From the IMG/VR virus record IMGVR_UViG_2519899835_000008: a stretch of 39,548 nucleotides of DNA, one strand, 5' to 3'. The stretch comes from a virus. Taxonomy: Duplodnaviria; Heunggongvirae; Uroviricota; Caudoviricetes. The position numbers and the translations under genes were made by a program. Shown piece by piece: positions 36,488 to 39,548 of this stretch (within the stretch, counting starts at the first letter, position 1; the number at the start of each line of letters is the position of its first letter). The notes under the pieces are model-generated. The model saw only the letters and a program-made list of their open reading frames with translations. It made no database searches and was not told the DNA's origin.

Positions 36488-38578
36488 TCAGGCCAGTGGA
36501 TCACTTTCTTTTAATTTTGCTTCGAGCAGTTGCAATCCCCGCTGGAAATTACGCTCGTATTCTTCATCAGGTTCATCGTCAGCGACCGGTTGCTGAACGG
36601 TCACCGTATTACCCACAGGGCGGTATATGTTTTCCAGCCATGGCTCCTGCGGCTTGTGCTCCAGCACGTTGACAACCTCATCCTCGGCATCACGGATTTT
36701 TTCCTCTGCGCGTTTACGCATACCTTTAAGGCGCTGTTGCTGTTTGTAGTATTCCGCGCTGACCGGGAAGGCTTCGCGTTTATTGCCGTCCCATACCGCC
36801 TCGCAAATCACGCTGCCATCCGGGCGACGAACGGTAATTCGTTCGGCATCATGAATGTCATAGCTGATAAGCACCTTGCGGCCATGCTCATCACGCAGCT
36901 CGGGCGCGTAGTAAATATTGTTCAGCCAGCGTATTTCACAGCGTCTTACAGGGCGCTCCACCATCGGCCGGAACATGTCCCGCAATTCCACATCGGACAG
37001 CCATTCAATTTCCGTATCCTCTTCTGCCAGGCGTTTTTTTCTGAACTCCGCCGGGCTGTAATGCTTGCCGTTCGGCTTCACCGGTAATTCATCGTGCGGC
37101 CGGTTGTTGTACCACTCAACACCGTCACGAATGGCATCAATCAGTTCAGACCAGGACGGTAAATCACGCATCGCTGACTGCTGCCGGGCGTTCAGCCGTT
37201 TGCCCTGTTGCAGGGCAGTAAATGCCGAGCGTAAATCGCGGTTGGTTTTACGTAACGTCTCGCGATCTGCACCTTTCCCGAAATAGGTGCGGTATCTGCG
37301 GGCTATGCGCATCGGTAATGTGCGGTTAAGCCGTTCGATAATGCCCCGTCCCTGCGGGTTACCGGCAATTCCGGTCGGGTGATTAATCCCCAGTCGCGGC
37401 AGTATCCCCACAATCTCTTTATCCAGGATGTCGGCCGTTTCCCCGGAGCCGTTATCCGAGTAATACAGAAACGGTTTGCCGTGATGGCGAATACCGTGCT
37501 GTATGGCGCCGGCTACGGCGAAAACATTTTCAGCCAGGTCAAGGCTCCAGCCCACCACAAAGCGCGTGCCACCGTCGATAACAAAGGTCACTTCCGGTGC
37601 AAATGGCCGCCCGTGAACCGGGTGCCTGCATTTCAGCTTCATGCCGTGACCGTCACCAATCCAGACATAATTAACCGGCATTTTTGACCAGTCGCGGCGC
37701 GTGAATCCCTCAAGCTGGCGGTATTCACTGCCGGTCACCCGGCCTTTTTGTTTCACCACTTCCGGCAATTTTTTCATTGCGCGGCGAATAGTGTCATAAG
37801 AGGGCATGATATCGAGCATATAAGGCTCATCAGCGTGCCGGTGCTGCCATTCGGCGACAAAATCCTCGTAAGCCTCGGTCATTGGTCGGCCGTTTGACTG
37901 GCGATACTGCGCCAGAAATTCGGGCAGCCAGTTAATATCTTCGGCTTTTATTTCCTGGCGTTTACCCGGTGCCAGTAAAAGCAGGCGTTCAGCGGCGTTC
38001 TGTGCCTTGTTAAAGGCCGCAATCCAGCGTTTCAGCGTGATTTCACTCAACGCGCGGCGGTTTCCCTTTTTGGCGTTCGCTGTCTCAACCATTGCCACAA
38101 TGCGCTCGTCCAGTTGTGAGCGTGACAGACGGTCAACAATAAACCGGATAGCTTTAGCGCAGCTGAAACCGGGTTGTTGCGCGAATTTCAGCACCTCGCT
38201 GACAATCGCGATTCGTGCATCAGCCACCTGGCGCTGGTTTTCAGTCAGGGCATTGAGGCGTTCGACCATCAGTTGTGGTGAACCGCGATATGCCTCCACC
38301 GCATCAACCACGTCAGGTGAGCGTCTGGCCTTTGTCACCACCGGAGCCGGTGATTCGTCGGCTTTTTGCGTCATCAGTTGCAGGGCGTAGCGTTCACGCA
38401 ATGCCTGCTGCGTCACTTCAGGTAAACAGTCGATGCTGTATTCAGTTGCTTTAGAGCCTGAGCGACGACGGGAACAACAGCTTTTCCCTTGTGCGTAACG
38501 TTGTAATGCCTGGCGAATACCTTTTGTTGTAGCAGGCATTCCGGGCGCGCCAATCAGTTCTTTTGCAATGACATACAT
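36488..38578 (-). CDS. DDE transposase (MuA-like)
   Basis: 696-aa ORF following ner; DDE core region WIGDGHGMK...FVIDGGTRFVVGWSL resembling the Mu transposase catalytic domain. Confidence 0.85.
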   Translation of the reverse strand: MYVIAKELIGAPGMPATTKGIRQALQRYAQGKSCCSRRRSGSKATEYSIDCLPEVTQQALRERYALQLMTQKADESPAPVVTKARRSPDVVDAVEAYRGSPQLMVERLNALTENQRQVADARIAIVSEVLKFAQQPGFSCAKAIRFIVDRLSRSQLDERIVAMVETANAKKGNRRALSEITLKRWIAAFNKAQNAAERLLLLAPGKRQEIKAEDINWLPEFLAQYRQSNGRPMTEAYEDFVAEWQHRHADEPYMLDIMPSYDTIRRAMKKLPEVVKQKGRVTGSEYRQLEGFTRRDWSKMPVNYVWIGDGHGMKLKCRHPVHGRPFAPEVTFVIDGGTRFVVGWSLDLAENVFAVAGAIQHGIRHHGKPFLYYSDNGSGETADILDKEIVGILPRLGINHPTGIAGNPQGRGIIERLNRTLPMRIARRYRTYFGKGADRETLRKTNRDLRSAFTALQQGKRLNARQQSAMRDLPSWSELIDAIRDGVEWYNNRPHDELPVKPNGKHYSPAEFRKKRLAEEDTEIEWLSDVELRDMFRPMVERPVRRCEIRWLNNIYYAPELRDEHGRKVLISYDIHDAERITVRRPDGSVICEAVWDGNKREAFPVSAEYYKQQQRLKGMRKRAEEKIRDAEDEVVNVLEHKPQEPWLENIYRPVGNTVTVQQPVADDEPDEEYERNFQRGLQLLEAKLKESDPLA

Positions 38579-38579
38579 A

Positions 38580-38828
38580 TCATGACGCCTTTCTCATATA
38601 GCTCTTAACCTGGTATCTACTGGGCCAGATTTCTTCAGGCGATACCCCAAGAGCATCAGCAATTATTTGCTGATACGGGCGGCAAGGAGTACGTAATACG
38701 CTTTTCAGCGAGTCCCTGCTGTAACCAGCCTTTAAAGATAAAGAGCGCAGTGATAAGCCAGCCATGTGTAGGCGCGCCTTGATGATTTCTGGCGGCCAAT
38801 CGTGATCTGAAACTTCTCTTCTACTCAT
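38580..38828 (-). CDS. ner: Ner-like DNA-binding regulator
   Basis: 82-aa ORF with LSLRSLSLKAGYSRDSLKSVL...QQIIADALGVSPEEIWPSRY matching the Mu Ner pattern; AGAGGAAG ribosome-binding site. Confidence 0.85.
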   Translation of the reverse strand: MSRREVSDHDWPPEIIKARLHMAGLSLRSLSLKAGYSRDSLKSVLRTPCRPYQQIIADALGVSPEEIWPSRYQVKSYMRKAS

Positions 38829-39017
38829 ACTTCCTCTATCCTAAAAAGTTACCCGCGCGGATATTCGTACGGATATCTGTACGGGTAAATAATGCATCAC
38901 TAAAAATACCAAATCAAGGTATTTTTGGTATTTTCCTTGTTTTTTCTTTTATCCTTATTTTTCAATTGGATACACAGAAAGAAACCTTTCATTAGAAAAG
39001 CACCAAGAGGTATCTTT
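38829..39017. promoter_or_regulatory. Divergent early promoter / operator region between ner and repressor
   Basis: Near-palindrome CGTACGGATATCTGTACG (38866-38883) flanked by TTACCCG / CGGGTAA; 11-bp inverted repeat AAAATACCAAA / TTTGGTATTTT (38903-38934); AT-rich. Confidence 0.55.
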
Positions 39018-39548
39018 ATGTCGCAGGGAAAAGAACCTGTTATTGAACGTATTGGGATGCTTACAAAACGCTATCCTTCAAGAAGTGCAGCTGCCAGAGC
39101 GTGGGGAATTAATATCAACACATTAAACAGCTATTTCAAGGGAGGGCAAACACAACCAGCCCCAAGAGAAAGCATTCTTATACGAATTTCTAAAAGTGAA
39201 GGTGTTAGTCTTGAGTGGCTTAAAGAGGGCAAGGGAGAATCACCAAAAGACATTGGTATTTCTGGTGATTTTGGTTGTTCTGGTGATAAGGGAGATCAGC
39301 TTACACAGATGCTTTCATTCCTCACGAAAGACGAACGAGAACAACTAACCAATCTCCTTGCTCGCAAAGGTGTAGAGACTGTTCTGACACTACTGGATAA
39401 AGAAAACCAGGATTTATTACAACTAGAGGGCAGGAAGCGCCTGGCTGCTTTGATGATTGTGGATATGCCTGACGATAGTGTCAGAGAGATTTTGGAAAAA
39501 ACCGAGACAAGTAGGCAATCAAATCCGGTAGAATCTAAAGCGGGTTAG
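39018..39548 (+). CDS. Mu c-type lysogeny repressor
   Basis: Divergent from ner; start at ATG 39018 with AAGAGG ribosome-binding site; N-terminal DNA-binding-like region; ORF ends exactly at window end with TAG. Confidence 0.7.
   Translation: MSQGKEPVIERIGMLTKRYPSRSAAARAWGININTLNSYFKGGQTQPAPRESILIRISKSEGVSLEWLKEGKGESPKDIGISGDFGCSGDKGDQLTQMLSFLTKDEREQLTNLLARKGVETVLTLLDKENQDLLQLEGRKRLAALMIVDMPDDSVREILEKTETSRQSNPVESKAG

Larger units (their letters stand above)
574..39548 (-). mobile_element. Mu-like transposable prophage, right end to repressor gene; left end beyond window
   Basis: Colinear Mu-like gene order (c, ner, transposase, B-like ATPase, gam, Mor/C, lysis, terminase, portal, head, tail, gin, com, mom) plus terminal repeats at 572-640. 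Confidence 0.85.

Noticed and set aside
1-39548. CRISPR arrays, rRNA genes, complete tRNA genes, integrase/att core of a lambdoid type
   Set aside because: No regularly spaced direct repeats, no rRNA-like sequence and no tyrosine integrase were seen; the element is transposase-based. Only the incomplete tRNA-like structure at 21784-21863 was noted.

Overview
Nearly the whole window (about 574-39548) is the right ~39 kb of a Mu-like transposable prophage, lying in reverse orientation and inserted into a fimbrial usher gene whose 5' part occupies 1-573. Reading from high to low coordinates on the minus strand the gene order is Mu-like: repressor (plus strand, 39018-39548), ner, DDE transposase, AAA+ transposition ATPase, a block of small early genes including gam, GemA-like and Mor/C-family activator, lysis cassette (SAR endolysin, nested spanins), terminase, portal, head genes, sheath, tube, chaperone, tape measure, baseplate, a short tail-fibre gene, a Gin-controlled invertible segment, gin, then com-mom and the prophage right end with transposase-binding repeats. 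The left end lies beyond the window. The parts that do not fit the Mu template are the most interesting: (i) an accessory island inserted between gin and com/mom, carrying a 684-aa SASA/SGNH-type O-acetylesterase with a lectin-like C-terminal domain, small orphan genes and a candidate antisense small RNA; (ii) an invertible segment that keeps gin and both gix sites but has lost its long variable tail-fibre ORFs; (iii) about 3 kb of uncharacterised early genes; (iv) a tRNA-like structure in the G-F intergenic gap. All assignments rest on reading the translated ORFs and the DNA by eye and on recalled family features; no database search was run.
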